DNA of 64,000 bases from Eledone cirrhosa (GCA_964016885.1 OZ024740.1:46686001-46750000); one strand, 5' to 3'. Shown: positions 30,001-44,208, counted from the first letter of the stretch. Made by a program: numbers and translations. Notes: a model not told the origin generated them from the sequence alone.

Positions 30001-33000
30001 GACAGGATCACAATGGAGAAATAGAGACAGGATCACAATGGAGAAACAGAGACAGGATCACAATAGAGAAATAGAGACAGGATCACAATGGAGAAATAGA
30101 GACAGGATCACAATGGAGAAACAGAGACAGGATCACAATGGAGAAATAGAGACAGGATCACAATGGAGAAACAGAGACAGGATCACAATAGAGAAATAGA
30201 GACAGGATCACAATGGAGAAATAGAGACAGGATCACAATAGAGAAACAGAGACAGGATCACAATGGAGAAATAGAGACAGGATCACAATGGAGAAATAGA
30301 GACAGGATCACAATGGAGAAATAGAGACAGGATCACAATGGAGAAACAGAGACAGGATCACAATGGAGAAATAGAGACAGGATCACAATGGAGAAATAGA
30401 GACAGGATCACAATGGAGAAACAGAGACAGGATCACAATGGAGAAATAGAGACAGGATCACAATGGAGAAATAGAGACAGGATCACAATGGAGAAACAGA
30501 GACAGGATCACAATAGAGAAATAGAGACAGGATCACAATGGAGAAATAGAGACAGGATCACAATGGAGAAATAGAGACAGGATCACAATGGAGAAATAGA
30601 GACAGGATCACAATGGAGAAACAGAGACAGGATCACAATGGAGAAATAGAGACAGGATCACAATGGAGAAACAGAGACAGGATCACAATAGAGAAATAGA
30701 GACAGGATCACAATGGAGAAATAGAGACAGGATCACAATGGAGAAACAGAGACAGGATCACAATAGAGAAATAGAGACAGGATCACAATGGAGAAATAGA
30801 GACAGGATCACAATGGAGAAACAGAGACAGGATCACAATGGAGAAATAGAGACAGGATCACAATGGAGAAACAGAGACAGGATCACAATGGAGAAACAGA
30901 GACAGGATCACAATAGAGAAATAGAGACAGGATCACAATGGAGAAATAGAGACAGGATCACAATAGAGAAACAGAGACAGGATCACAATGGAGAAATAGA
31001 GACAGGATCACAATGGAGAAATAGAGACAGGATCACAATGGAGAAATAGAGACAGGATCACAATGGAGAAACAGAGACAGGATCACAATGGAGAAACAGA
31101 AAAAGGATCCAGTAAAGACAAAAAAAAAATCGAAAATGAAGATTGAAAACAAGAGAACCGTTGGGTAGTCTTGGTAACAAGTTGAAACGCAAAGTGGAGT
31201 GTGTGTGAGTGTAAATGTATGTTTAAATGTGTGTGATTTTTAAAGGTATATTGTGTAAAGTAACAAAGATAGAGAGTGTATGCATATATCCATGTGTTAG
31301 TGGTAGTGGACATGTATGTGTAAGAGAATATAATTTTGAATGTGTGTTGAAGTAATTTTGTGTGTGTAAATTATCTAGCAGTGTAGCATATGTCTGTGAG
31401 ATGTGTGGATTTGTATGTGTGAGTGTAAGATTAAATTTTAACGTGTGTATGTATGTCAACAAATAAGTTGGCATAGCTGGGGCTCATTCTTGTACCCATG
31501 GCCACCCTCCATCATCTGTTGGTAAATCTCACCTGAGAAGGAGAAATAGTTGACGGAGAGGCCCAGCTTGGATAAGTGAATAAGGGTAGAGGTGGGAGGT
31601 AGAGAGGAGGGGCAAAGGTTAAGGAAGTGTTGTAGGGCCTGGAGACTTTCGGAATGGGGGATGACTGTGTATAGGGATTTGATGTCGAGGGTGAAGAGTA
31701 GGGGTGGGGAGCCAGGTGGAAAGATGAAGGAATGGAAGAGGTGGAGGATGTGGTTGGTGTCAGAAAGTGGGAAGGTAAGGTAGCTACCAGGGGGGAGAAT
31801 ACGGAATCAAGAAAGGAGGAAACAAGTTCAGTGGGGCAATTACATGCTGAGACAATGGGGCTGCCAGGGTTGTCAGGCTTGTATAATTTGGGGAGGAAGT
31901 AGATGGTAGAGATCCGTGGAGTGTGGATGATAAGGTTGGTAGCTGAGGCGGGTAGAAGAGAGGAAGCGACGAACTGGCATATAGTAGATTTGACTTGTTG
32001 CTGGTATTGAGAAGTGGGATCAGTGGCAAGGAGGGAGAAGAGAGGGTTCCAGAGTTGCTGATAAGCCTCCATTTTGTAGAGGTCTATGCACCACATGACC
32101 ACAACGCCACCCTTGTTGGCCAGCTTAATGTCAATGTCATCATGATCACAGAGCAAGAAGAGGGCGGCGAGTTCAGCCTGGGAGATGTTACATCATTTGT
32201 ACCATTTATGGAAATTGAAACGGTTCACTGCACGATGGCAGGCATCAACGAACCTATCCAGGACACTGAATTATTTGGGAGATGGCGTCCAGTGTGATGG
32301 TCATTGGATCCCATCAACAGGGTGTCTAGAGAGGTTCAGAGCCAGAGGGTTACCCTGGGAATGCGCGTGCAATTTGGTGTGGTGCAGGAACTGTTCAATG
32401 TCTGTGTGAGTTGCCACAAGCGAGAGTGGTTTGAAACTGAGGAGTGAACGCTCGGAACCAGAAAGCAGAAGGTCAGGGGGTAAAGTGACAAGTTGTGGGT
32501 GGGTTGGTGGGAAAAGGGTCAGATGTGGGTGGGGGAGACGGTTGAGGAATGGGGATGGAAAGGTGTGAAGGTGAAAGAGTGTGCGCGATATACCTTGTCA
32601 CTGCTCTATTTACCATCCTGTCCAGCCAGTGGATTACCCACACTTGAATATTTGGGTATATATATATATATATTTGAAAAAAGGAAAAGAATGACTTCAC
32701 TTGTAGTTCTAAACAATTTAATTTTATAACATTACACATTTCCCTATCATCATCATCATCATCATCATTTTACGTCCACTTCCCTGCTTGCAAGGGTGGG
32801 ACGGGAACTGATTCTGGCTTGATTTCTACAGCTGGATACCCTTCCTAACACCAACCTCATTTACAGTGAGTGCAGGGTGCTTTTTTGCCATGGCGCCTAC
32901 ACGTCCACTTTACAGTGAGTGCTGGGTGCTTTTTTGCCATGGCGCCTACACGTCCACTTTACAGTGAGTGCAGGGTGCTTTTTTGCCATGGCGCCTACAC

Positions 33001-33559
33001 GTCCACTTTACAGTGAGTGCTGGGTGCTTTTTTGCCATGGCGCCTACACGTCCACTTTACAGTGAGTGCTGGGTGCTTTTTTGCCATGGCGCCTACACGT
33101 CCACTTTACAGTGAGTGCTGGGTGCTTTTTTGCCATGGCGCCTACACGTCCACTTTACAGTGAGTGCTGGGTGCTTTTTTGCCATGGCGCCTACACGTCC
33201 ACTTTACAGTGAGTGCTGGGTGCTTTTTTGCCATGGCGCCTACACGTCCACTTTACAGTGAGTGCTGGGTGCTTTTTTGCCATGGCGCCTACACGTCCAC
33301 TTTACAGTGAGTGCTGGGTGCTTTTTTGCCGTGGCGCCTACACGACCACTTTGCAGTGGAATGATAGGGATCCCAGTCCAATCATCTCATTTCTACAGTT
33401 GAGTAAACTGGAGCAATGTGAAATAAAGTGTCTTGCTCAATGCTCTAACCACTAAGCCATGCGCCTTCATTGTATGTGTATGTGTATATATATATTTGGT
33501 GTTGGATGCTTAAAGTGTCCATATGCAGTAGGCCGTATGAGCACTCGATGCCCTTTTTT

Positions 33560-33633
<74 letters not shown>

Positions 33634-36600
33634 GATAATAAAGATAATTTCTCAAAAGTTTATATGTAAAATTAAACAAAGTTAATTGTGATAATTCTGT
33701 AGACTGTGTAAAACATAAACTACTAGGAGGGTATATTAACAAATATATTAAATAATTACTCATCTTGAAGTTATTGAAGAGATAAGACACACTCTACTCT
33801 GAAAGGCTAAAATGAATCACTAGAGCTGCTTAGCCACGTTCCAGTCATCCATCCATACAAATCTCTTCAGGTATCCTTATTTCCCCAATTGCAAATGTTC
33901 TGCTCGCAACTATTGCTGTATTTATCACTTCGCTAGCTCGCACAACACATTTTGTTTGTTACCCTCATTTTCTCTACCATGCTGCCTCTCTATCTGTCTA
34001 TTTTGCCATCAAAGGCTACAGGCCATGACTGGCTATTATTATTGTTGCTCTCTATGATGGCTACCCTCTCTCTCTCTCTCTATCTATCTATCTCTAAGCC
34101 ACCTATTACCTCCCGTTCCCTCTTCACCCATTCCTCCTCACTCATCTTGAAGAGATAAGACACACTCTACTCTGAAAGGCTAAAATGAATCACTAGAGTT
34201 GATTTAGCTACGTTCCAGCCATCCATCTATACAAATCTTGTCAGGTATTTCAGCTACCACAACACATTTATTTTGTTATCCTCATTTTCCCCTACCATGC
34301 TGACTCTCTATCTGTCTATTTTTCCATCAAAGGCTACAGGCCATACTGGCTGAATTGGCAGTATCGGTGGAGGGTTGGATTATGCTTTCCAGCATAGTTA
34401 CGTCCCTTTATGATCTGAGTTCAATTCCCGCCGAGGTTAATTTTGCCTTTCATCCTTACGGGGTCGATAAAATAAAGCACCAGTAATGCACTGGGATAAT
34501 TGCTGGCCTTGTGCCAAAAAATAGAAACAATTATTATTCTATCTGTTATCTTGCCATGCTACATTCACTTCTATAGGTTATTTTGATGACATGACTGGCT
34601 GCCTACCTCACAATTTCGCACCCACCCCCATAGCCTATTCGACCAATCAAACCTCAGCATGCCATTTCTTCTACTACTACTACTACTACTACTACCTAAC
34701 TCTCTCCTCCCCCGTCCCAGCCCAACACACCCTGCCATTATTACCACCACCACTGTTCTTCTAGCCCTGAATTTTCCTACCGTTATGTATGGATGAGCTG
34801 AGAATAAATTGGAGCAACTCTAAATTAATAGATGAAATGAATATGAATCTGCGAGATACCAAGCACCCATGTGAAGCCCCAATCCAGAGAGAGGAAGCAC
34901 ACACACCCCTGCAAAAATCGACCCTTCCTTACGAGTGTCGACAAATGCCCAAAACTTCGAGTTGGTACCATCAATGTAAGCACAATGAAAGGAAGAGCAG
35001 GAGAAATTGTAGAAATGCTAGAGCGAAAGGAAATTGATGTATGCTGTGTGCAAGGGACTAGATGGAGAGGAGAGTCTGCTAGAGTCCTTGTAGGAAAAAG
35101 TCAGTGCTACAAATTTTTCTGGGTGGGAAATGACGATGGGATGGGTGGTGTAGGTATACTACTAGCTGACAAGTGGGTAGATAAAGTAATCTCAGTGTAC
35201 AGGGTAAATACAAGAATCATTAAACTCAGACTAGTCCTGAATAAAACAATTAACACAATAATATCAGCTTACACACCCCAATCGGAGTTGCCAGACGAAC
35301 TTAAGGATAGATTTTACGAGTCCCTAATGCACACTACTGCTCTAACAAACGACAATGACTTCCTAATCATCGCAGGAGATTTTAACGGACACGTAGGTAA
35401 ATACTGTGGCGGCTTCAATAGAGTTCATGGAGGCCATGGGATTGGCAGAAGAAATGAAGAAGGATTCAGACTTCTAGAATTCTGCGACGCCAATGACATG
35501 TCGATATGTAACACAAACTTCAAAAAACCCGACAACCACCTCATCACCTATAGATCAGGGGAGCATTCTAGTCAGATAGATTTTATCCTCATGAGAGGAC
35601 GTGACAGATGGACGGTCGTAAATACAAAAGCCTTCCCTAGTGAGGAATGTACCTCCCAACATAGCTTAGTTGTCAGCGACCTCACGGTCAGAACTAGACG
35701 AACCTGGAAACAGAGGCCAACCTGGAGAAGAAAGATCTGGAAGCTGAAAGACCCCTCAGCCAGTAACAGATTTAAAGATATTTTACTCAATGCCTACGAC
35801 AGTAGAGAAGAACAGATAGAGACATTCAATGTAGAAGAGCACTGGGAGTTCCTAAAAAATAACTTACTAGAGGCGACGGATGAGGTCTGTGGCTGGAGTA
35901 AGACCACAAGCAGGAGGAGAGTGACTTGGTGGTGGAACAATAAGGTAGATGAGGCAGTTAAGGCCAAGAGACAGGCATGGAAAGAATGGAAGAACGGGGG
36001 GAGCAGGGTACATTGCATAGAGACCAAGAGGGAAGCTAGGCGACAAGTATACTTAGCTAGGAGGGAAGCAGAGGATAGAAAATTCAAGCATGTTTTGCAA
36101 CGTGAGGATCAGAAATAGGAGGTGTTCAAGATTGCGAGGCAGTGTGTCAGTGAGAATTGTGATGTCATTGGAGGAGAAGTGTATCCGGAATGATAAAGGT
36201 GAGCTTGCCCTCACAAGTGCTGAGAAGAAAGATACATGGCAGAGTCATTATGATAGATTACTAAAGGGAAGAAGAGACCCTACCCCAAGTAGACCCTATA
36301 GAGGGGCCAGCAGTGCAAGTCAGCAGCAGCGTAGTAAGTAAGGCAATCAAAGATATGAAGATGGGGAAGGCAACCGGTCCATCGGGTATAGCTGCCGAGA
36401 TGCTGAAGGCATCTGGGTCTGTAGGTCACACTATAACAACACGTATTGTTAACCAGGTAATACTAGAAGGTGTCATACCAAAAGATTGGTGCAGTAGCAT
36501 CATTGTCAACTGCTACAAAGGTAAAGATGATGCACTCGATAGAGGAAACTATAGAGGTATAAATCTGATGGACCAGGTTATGAAAGTAACAGAAAGAGTT

Positions 36601-39600
36601 ATAGCACAGTTGATTAGGGACCGGGTGAAACTAGATGAGATGCAATTTGGGTTTGTACCAGGAAGAGGCACCACTGATGCTCTCTTTCTTGTGAGGCAGT
36701 TACAGGAAAAGTACCTAGCTAAAAGTAAGCCACTCTACCTGGCCTTCGTCGATCTCGAGAAAGCCTTTGACAGAGTTCCACGTGCTGTAATCTGGTGGGC
36801 TCTTAGAAAACTAGGAGTAGATGAATGGCTTGTGAAAGCTGTACAAAGTTAGGATTAGCAATGAGTATAGCGAGGAATTTAGCGTAGAGGTTGGTGTCCA
36901 CTAGGGCTCTGTTCTTAGCCCTCTCCTGTTCATCATAGTCCTGCAGGCAATAACGGAGGAGTTTAAGACTGGATGCCCATGGGAACTCCTGTATGCTGAT
37001 GACCTCGCACTTATAGCTGAATCTATGGTAGAACTAGAGAATAAATTCCAAACTTGAAAGCAGGGACTAGAAAGAAAGGGTCTCAAAGTCAACATGACAA
37101 AGACTAAGGTCCTTGTAAGTAGACGAGAAAACAGAACCCAGATCCCCTCAGGGAAATGGCCTTGCTCAGTATGTAGGAACTCCATTCTCTGCCCCAAATG
37201 CAAACAATGGGTACACAAGAGATGTAGCGGGATCTCAGGAAGCTTAATTAAGAATGTAGGCTTCACATGCAGCAGCTGTGCTGGGACAGCAAGCAGCAAA
37301 CAGCCACAGGAAACAAGTACCACCAATCCCTGGGAGGGCTCTGTAGAAACAGTAGACAGCTTCTGCTACCTAGGTGACCGAATTAGCAGCGGAGGTGGGT
37401 GTTCAGAAAGTACAATAACTAGGGTAAGAACGGGATGGAAGAAGTTCAGGGAACTACTGCCACTGCTAGCTGCAAAAGGCTTCTCCCTCAAAATGAAAGG
37501 CAGACTGTATGATGCGTGTATCCGAACAGCAATGTTACATGGTAGTGAGACCTGGGTGCTGAAGGTGGAAGACTTACGTAGATTAGAAAGAAACGAAGCC
37601 TGCATGCTCCGATGGATGTGTAATAGTAATATACGCGAACGACAAAGCATAAATGAATTGAGAGAGAGACTGAGCATAAGAGGAATCAAATGCTGTGTGC
37701 AGGAGAGGCAGTTGCGTTGGTATGGACATGTGATGCGTATAAAGGATGACAGCTGCATAAAAAGGTGCAGAGCACTAGAAGTCAATGGAAACCGCAGAGT
37801 GGGGAGACCCAAGAAGACCTGGGATGAGGTGATAAAAGCCAACCTTACCCAATTACACCTCTCAAAGGCGATGACACATGACTGTGACCTCTGGCGTCAC
37901 GCAGTAATACAGAGTACCCGACCTCCCATGGGTATAAGCTGAAGCATATAGACAATATGCCCCCACACCCTCCCACTGCAAGGTGGTCGTGGAGGTGCCA
38001 CGGCAAAAAAGCACCCAGCCCACACTAAAGTGGACGTGTAGGCGCCACGGAAAAAGCACCGAGCACTCACTGTAAATGAGGTTGGTGTTAGGAAGGGCAT
38101 CCAGCTGTAGAAATCAAGCCAAAATCAGTTCCTGTATGAGCAAGGCATGGTCAGCCGACCAGACACTGCCCACAACAGGACAAACCGTCTAACCCATGCT
38201 AACATGAAGAACAGACGTAAAAACGGTCATGATGATGAATTACCACAGAGTAGTACAGATATACAGGTATAGCTGTAATTAAGTAAACTTTATACTTTAC
38301 AGAAACGTGCAGACAGGATTATATCAAAGGTTTCCAGAGGCTCCCACTCTAGGCCTTTAATGCTTGATAATAAAATCTAAACATTTATGACATAAATTTG
38401 GCTGCTCACTTGAGACTAATGTTCAAAGTTTATCACAACTCTACACCAAAATGTGTTCAAGAAAAATTTATATGTCTGACGAAGTATTCTGGGGAAACAT
38501 TCAGGTGTAAAAGCTATGCCATAACAAAATTCAATAAATTCAGCTACTCCTATCATGGACCAATTGTCTGGAATAATTTTGTGCTCAAAGAAGCAACTCT
38601 TCCAGACTCAAAAGATGTAAAAAAAAAGTAAATTAAAAAGATGCTCTTGAATATTCAGCAAACTTGTTTCTGGTAAAAGAAAACCCCAAAACCCTACCAT
38701 TTTTGGCAAAATTAGAAATAAAAAATGACTTTGTATTAAGTGCTCCTTTTACAGGCTGTTATGAAAAGAATAATAGTTTGTTACTATAATCCTTCTTTAA
38801 TGGCCTCACTAGTCTGATTACAGCATTCTCAATAATAAACTACTTTGTTTCATTTCTAAAATCTTTTTATTCTCTTCTTTGAAAATAGTGTATTACACTT
38901 TTTCCTTAATGCACCTGTAGTAAGCAAAAGCACTACTTATCGCAGCGGAACAATTGAGTTACGCTTGGTCAGTCACCAGGCCGGTAAGTTGGTGGCGTAG
39001 AAATACCAAGCAGTGACTTCCGCCCAGAAAAGGAATTTGTGCCTCTTTTCACTTCTAAACAGTTCCAGTTTCATTTTCATACAAACAGGACATTACTAAA
39101 TTCATGGCTTAGTGGTTAGAGCATTGGGCTTGCAATCGAAAGGTTGTGAGTTCAATTCTCAGACCGGGTGATGTGTTGTTTCCTTGAGCAAGACACTTTA
39201 TTTCACATTGCTCCAGTTTACTCAGCTGTAGAAATGAGATGATAGAGACTGGGGTCCCTATCATTCCACTGCAAAGTGGTCGTGGAGGTGCCACGGAAAA
39301 AAAGCACCCAGCACTCACTGTAAATGAGGTTGGTGTAAGGAAGGGCATCCAGCTGTAGAAATCAAGCCAGAATCAGTTCCTGTATGAGCAAGACAAGGTC
39401 AGCCGACCGGACATTGCCCACAACAGGACAACCCGTCTAACCCATGCTAGCATGGAAGAACGGACGTAAACGGTGATGATGATGATGATTCCCTGGAGCG
39501 ACTGGCAAGATAAAACATTTACCAAGAGACTTTGGCCCTCTCGTCAAAGGCCCAGCAACATCCTATCTAGATATATGCCGCAATGGCGCCTAGCATTCTA

Positions 39601-42600
39601 TTATAATATTTTACGGAGAAAAATAAATCCTTTGTTATATTTCCTCGCTGTGCTTTCCTCTCTGATCCTTCCACATGGACTACCAACATTAAACACGCAG
39701 CCTTATAACCTAATCTTCATTAAGGATCCTTCTCGCAACCAAAAAAATAATATCTTAAAGATATTTTCTGCTAAAGTGGTGACCTTTAAGGAATATTTCT
39801 TTGAGAAATATTCCTTAAAGAAAAAATATTTTAGCAGAATTTTGACATTACTACACGCGAGGATTTTGAAACACACAAGGTGCATCTTTCTGAAGGTAAG
39901 TTTTCACACTCACTGCCATTTGCAAAAATTTTAATCCTGTTTTGCTTTCGTTTGGAGTTTTAAAAAAATTTGAGAGAAGAACTTAACAGGTCGCTTAGGG
40001 TATTTTTTTTGCCGTATTGGTCAATCCTTTACTTTGAAGATTTTGTTTGCCTTTGTAGTATTACTCTATTCAGACCGCATCTTTTTGAAAATATGTACCG
40101 CTCATCTTTACCACCTGCTACTCCCAACGTCAATTCAGCAATGTTACAGGCCACCCTTGAGTTAACCAAGGTAGTTAAAAAATGGTGACAGTGGCAACAG
40201 TAACAACATCACCATGGACAACACCAGCGACGACAGTGGACACGCACATTCTCTGCGACGTGTCTACCGATTCACCTTGTCCTTTTGTTCCTGAGACTCA
40301 TCGAAGAATCGTGTTCGACGCTCTGCACAACCTTTCACACCCTGGAGCCTCGGCCTCAGTAAAACTCATTCTTCTGGCCAAATATGAGACACGGTATTAC
40401 TGCACGGTCTTGTTCTTGTCTCTTGTGCCAGAAGTCGAAGGTGCATAAACACATCCGCGCTCTACTCAGTACTTTCAGTACACCTGATGCATGCTTTCGC
40501 CACATACATATTGATCTCGTGGGACCTTGGCCCATCAGTCATGGACATTTGTACATCCTGACCTGCATTGATCATTTCACCCGATGGCCTGAAGCCATTC
40601 CTCTTAGTTACATTACTGCTGACTCTGTAGCACGAGCTCTGGTATCAGGATGGATATCGTGCTACGGTATTCCTACCACTATTACTACAAACAGTGGTAG
40701 GCAGTTCCAGTCTCACCTTTTCTCGGAGCTAACAAATATCATCGGTGCTCAACATATCCGGACTACCAGTTACCATCCTGTATCTAATAGAATGGTAGAG
40801 CATTTTTATCGCCAGTTGAAGGCCACATTTGTGCCTCTCTGGATACTCTACGTTGGAGCGACTACCTCCCCTTAGTACTACTTGGCATCCGCACTTCATT
40901 TAAGGAGGACCTTGGATTCTCCCCAGCTGAGCTTTCGTACGGCACTCCTTTGTCTTTGCCAGGGCAGATGCTTGCCCCAGTCAATCTTTCTACTCAGGAT
41001 CCTACACTACGTGAACTGTTTGCGTTCATATTTTCAAGTCCTGCCACCTATGAACACTTGGCACCAAGCCGTTAAATCTTCGGTCCTGAGGGACATTGTC
41101 TCATGGACCCATGTTTTCATCAGAAATTACGCAGTGAGAAGTCCTCTCACTCCACCTTACTCTGGACCCTATCGCATGCTAGTTACATTCAGACAAAGAT
41201 TTCACTATTGACTATAACAGGTCTAGAGACAGAGTCTCTATTGATAGACTGAAGCGGGACTACATAGATGCTCTTACACCAGAGCCTAATACTCCCGCTC
41301 CTACACTGTGTCACGACAAACGCCTACACCACCATAAGCACCACAGGTTCATGCACACACACCCACCTTCAATATACATCACGTTAACCCGTAGTGGTCA
41401 TCGCGTCCATTGGCCCAAGAAACTGCATAAAACTATTTTCATATGAATTGGCCTCTTAGTGCCTTTTTGTTGTATTGCATTTTTTCATTCTTACACACAT
41501 TCATGTTGTTTTCTTTTCCCTGTATGCGATTATTTGTTTTGCCTTTTCTTACACTCTTGTGAACATTTTCTTTCTGTAAATATATTTGCCTTTGCTTTCC
41601 ATTTTTTAAAATATATTGATGCTTCATCTACAGAGGGGTAAATGTAGTAAGCAAAGGCACTACTTATCATGGCAGAACAATTGGGTTACGCTTGGTCAGA
41701 AATATCAAGCAGTGACTTCCGCCCAGAAAAGGAATTCGCGCCTCTTTTCACTTCTAAACAGTTCCAGCCTCATTTTTGTACAAACAGGACGTTACTAAAC
41801 TCATTCCCTGGAGTGACTGACAAGTTGAAACATTTACCAAGGGACTTTGGCCCTCTCGGCAAGGGCCCAACAACATCCTATCTAGATATATGCCGCAATG
41901 GCGCCTAGCATTCTATTGTAATATTTTACGGAGAAAAATAAATCCTTTGTTATATTTCCTCGCTGTGCTTTCCTCTCTGATCCTTCCACATGGACTACCA
42001 ACATTAAACACGCAGCCTTATAACCTAATCTTCATTAAGGATCCTTCTTGCAACAAAAAAAATAATATCTTAAAAAAATGTTCTGCTAAACACCTTTTTT
42101 ATATTTCAAATTTATACACGGCTAGTGAAATAAATGATAAGAAAGAAAGATATAGTTTCTTCACAATTTGTGGAGGGAAATTTGGATGCTACATTATGCA
42201 CACAAACTGACTATATAGTAGTTCCCTCATTATCTTGTTATAAAATAAAGTGTTTATATAATGTAATATATTAGAAAAGTGTAATAACTTACCGACTAGT
42301 ATTCATATGGCCAAGTCCATAGCTAGCTTGAGTATGTTCAGTCATTTTGGGGTGACTAGTAGTACCACTTGTGAAAAACCACATCATAGGATCAGAAGCT
42401 CTTGTTTTGACACACTGTCAATATAAAATAGGATGAGAGGTTCTTGTTTTGATACACTGTCAATATATAATAGGAGAGAGGCTCTTGTTTGGGCACACTG
42501 CCAATTCAAAATGGGATGAGAGACTCTTGTTTTAACATACTGTCAATACAAAATAGGATCAGAAGCTTTTGTTTTGACACTGTCAATATAAAATAGGATC

Positions 42601-43105
42601 AGAAGCTCTTGTTTTGACATACTGTCAATATAAAATAGAATAAGAGACTCTTGTTTTAACACACTGTTGATATAAACTAGATTTAGAATGATATATATTA
42701 GATTTTAATTCATAAGAATATGTATATATGTTGAATCTCTGTCCTCTGTTCGTTCTGATGACAAGTGTTTTAGTTGTTTTATTGACAGAATGGCCTGCTT
42801 ATGACATTAATGTGTAAGTGGCTAGACATTCTACAGGCATGTGTAAATTTAATGTAGTTCTCAGGGAGATCAGCATGACAGTGTGTGAAAAAGGTGATCT
42901 TTGAATGAGTAAACCGGAGCAATGTGAAATAAAGTGGGTTGCTGAAGGACACAACACTTTGCCATCTGAGCTGAACACCCTAACCACTAAGAAATTATAT
43001 ATATATATATGCCCTAAATAAATGAGGCCTTGTAGGTGTCACGACAAATTCTGTCTAAACCCATGCTAGCGTGGAAGATAGACGTTAAACGATGATGATG
43101 ATGAT

Positions 43106-43180
<75 letters not shown>

Positions 43181-44208
43181 TCATCATCATCATCATCGTT
43201 TAACGTCCACCTTCCACGCTTGCATGGGTTTGGACGGGAGTTTTTCCACTTGAGGCAAGAGTGGTTGTCTTGCTCGCATAGGACTGTCTGGCAGGTTTTC
43301 TACGGCTGGATGCCCTTCCTAACACCAACCACGTTTACAGTGTGGACTGGGAGGTTTTTACCGTGTTACCTACATGGCCACATTACAGCGTGGACTGTGT
43401 GTTTTTTGTCATGACACCTACACGACCTCATTTGTTTCGGACTGGATGTTGTGGTACCAACATAACTTTACATTGAAAGGGGTGGTGTGGATGGGGTGGG
43501 GGTGTATTTTTGTTAGAGGTGCCTACTGACTGTAGGTTTCACTTTGTACTTAGGTAAGGCGGGTCTTCTGTATTACTGTGTAGCGCCAAAGATCTCGGTC
43601 CAGTGACATTGTCTTGGGGAGGTGTAAGTGTGTGAGGTCGGAATTTATCAAGTCGTCCCATGTTTTTCTGGGTCTGCCTACTCCTTGGCTATCGTCTATT
43701 TTTATTGCCCTGCTGTCGTCTTTCATGCACATCACGTGACCATACCAACGTAGTCTTCTCTCGAGTAAACAACATCTGATCCCTCTTATATATATATATA
43801 TATATATATAAATTAGAAAAAAATGAGGAAGTTTCGTTTACATATAAAAGATATTTATTGTGTATTGACCTGTTACACGTGTTTTGCAGAGGATTGGCTC
43901 AAGGTAACCTATAGGAGTTATGGACCCGACTCCAGTATCGATTTGCTCTTAAGACTGGTGATACGACAAACATATTTATGTTGAGGTTTGTGAGATGAAA
44001 GGTGTATATATATAAGCATCGGCCCTATATTCTTTTTGTGTGGGTAATGTGGTGTAATTGATGGGGCAGCTATGCGGGTGTCCTCATCACCCATCTGAAA
44101 AAAGCTTATTTTTTCTCTCTGCAGCTTTCTAGCCTCTGTGTTTCCACCCTCCTCCCAGCGTGCTTGTTTTGATACTACCACTAGTAATTCACTGAATCAC
44201 CTACACAT

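Noticed and set aside
29313-31049. Repetitive ORFs (MEKQRQDHNGE...)
   Set aside because: Products of reading a 25-bp repeat through alternating frames; interrupted whenever the T variant creates TAG
33467-33790. ORFs with YIYIYI runs (also 43014, 47683-47955, 61431-61756)
   Set aside because: Translations of (AT)n microsatellites
34141-34185. Second hammerhead-like motif (CTTGAAGA...TGAAA)
   Set aside because: Core deviates from CUGANGA and stem II pairing is poor; not supportable by eye
39104-39170. tRNA gene
   Set aside because: A and B boxes belong to a SINE head that continues into core and LINE-derived tail; no complete cloverleaf seen
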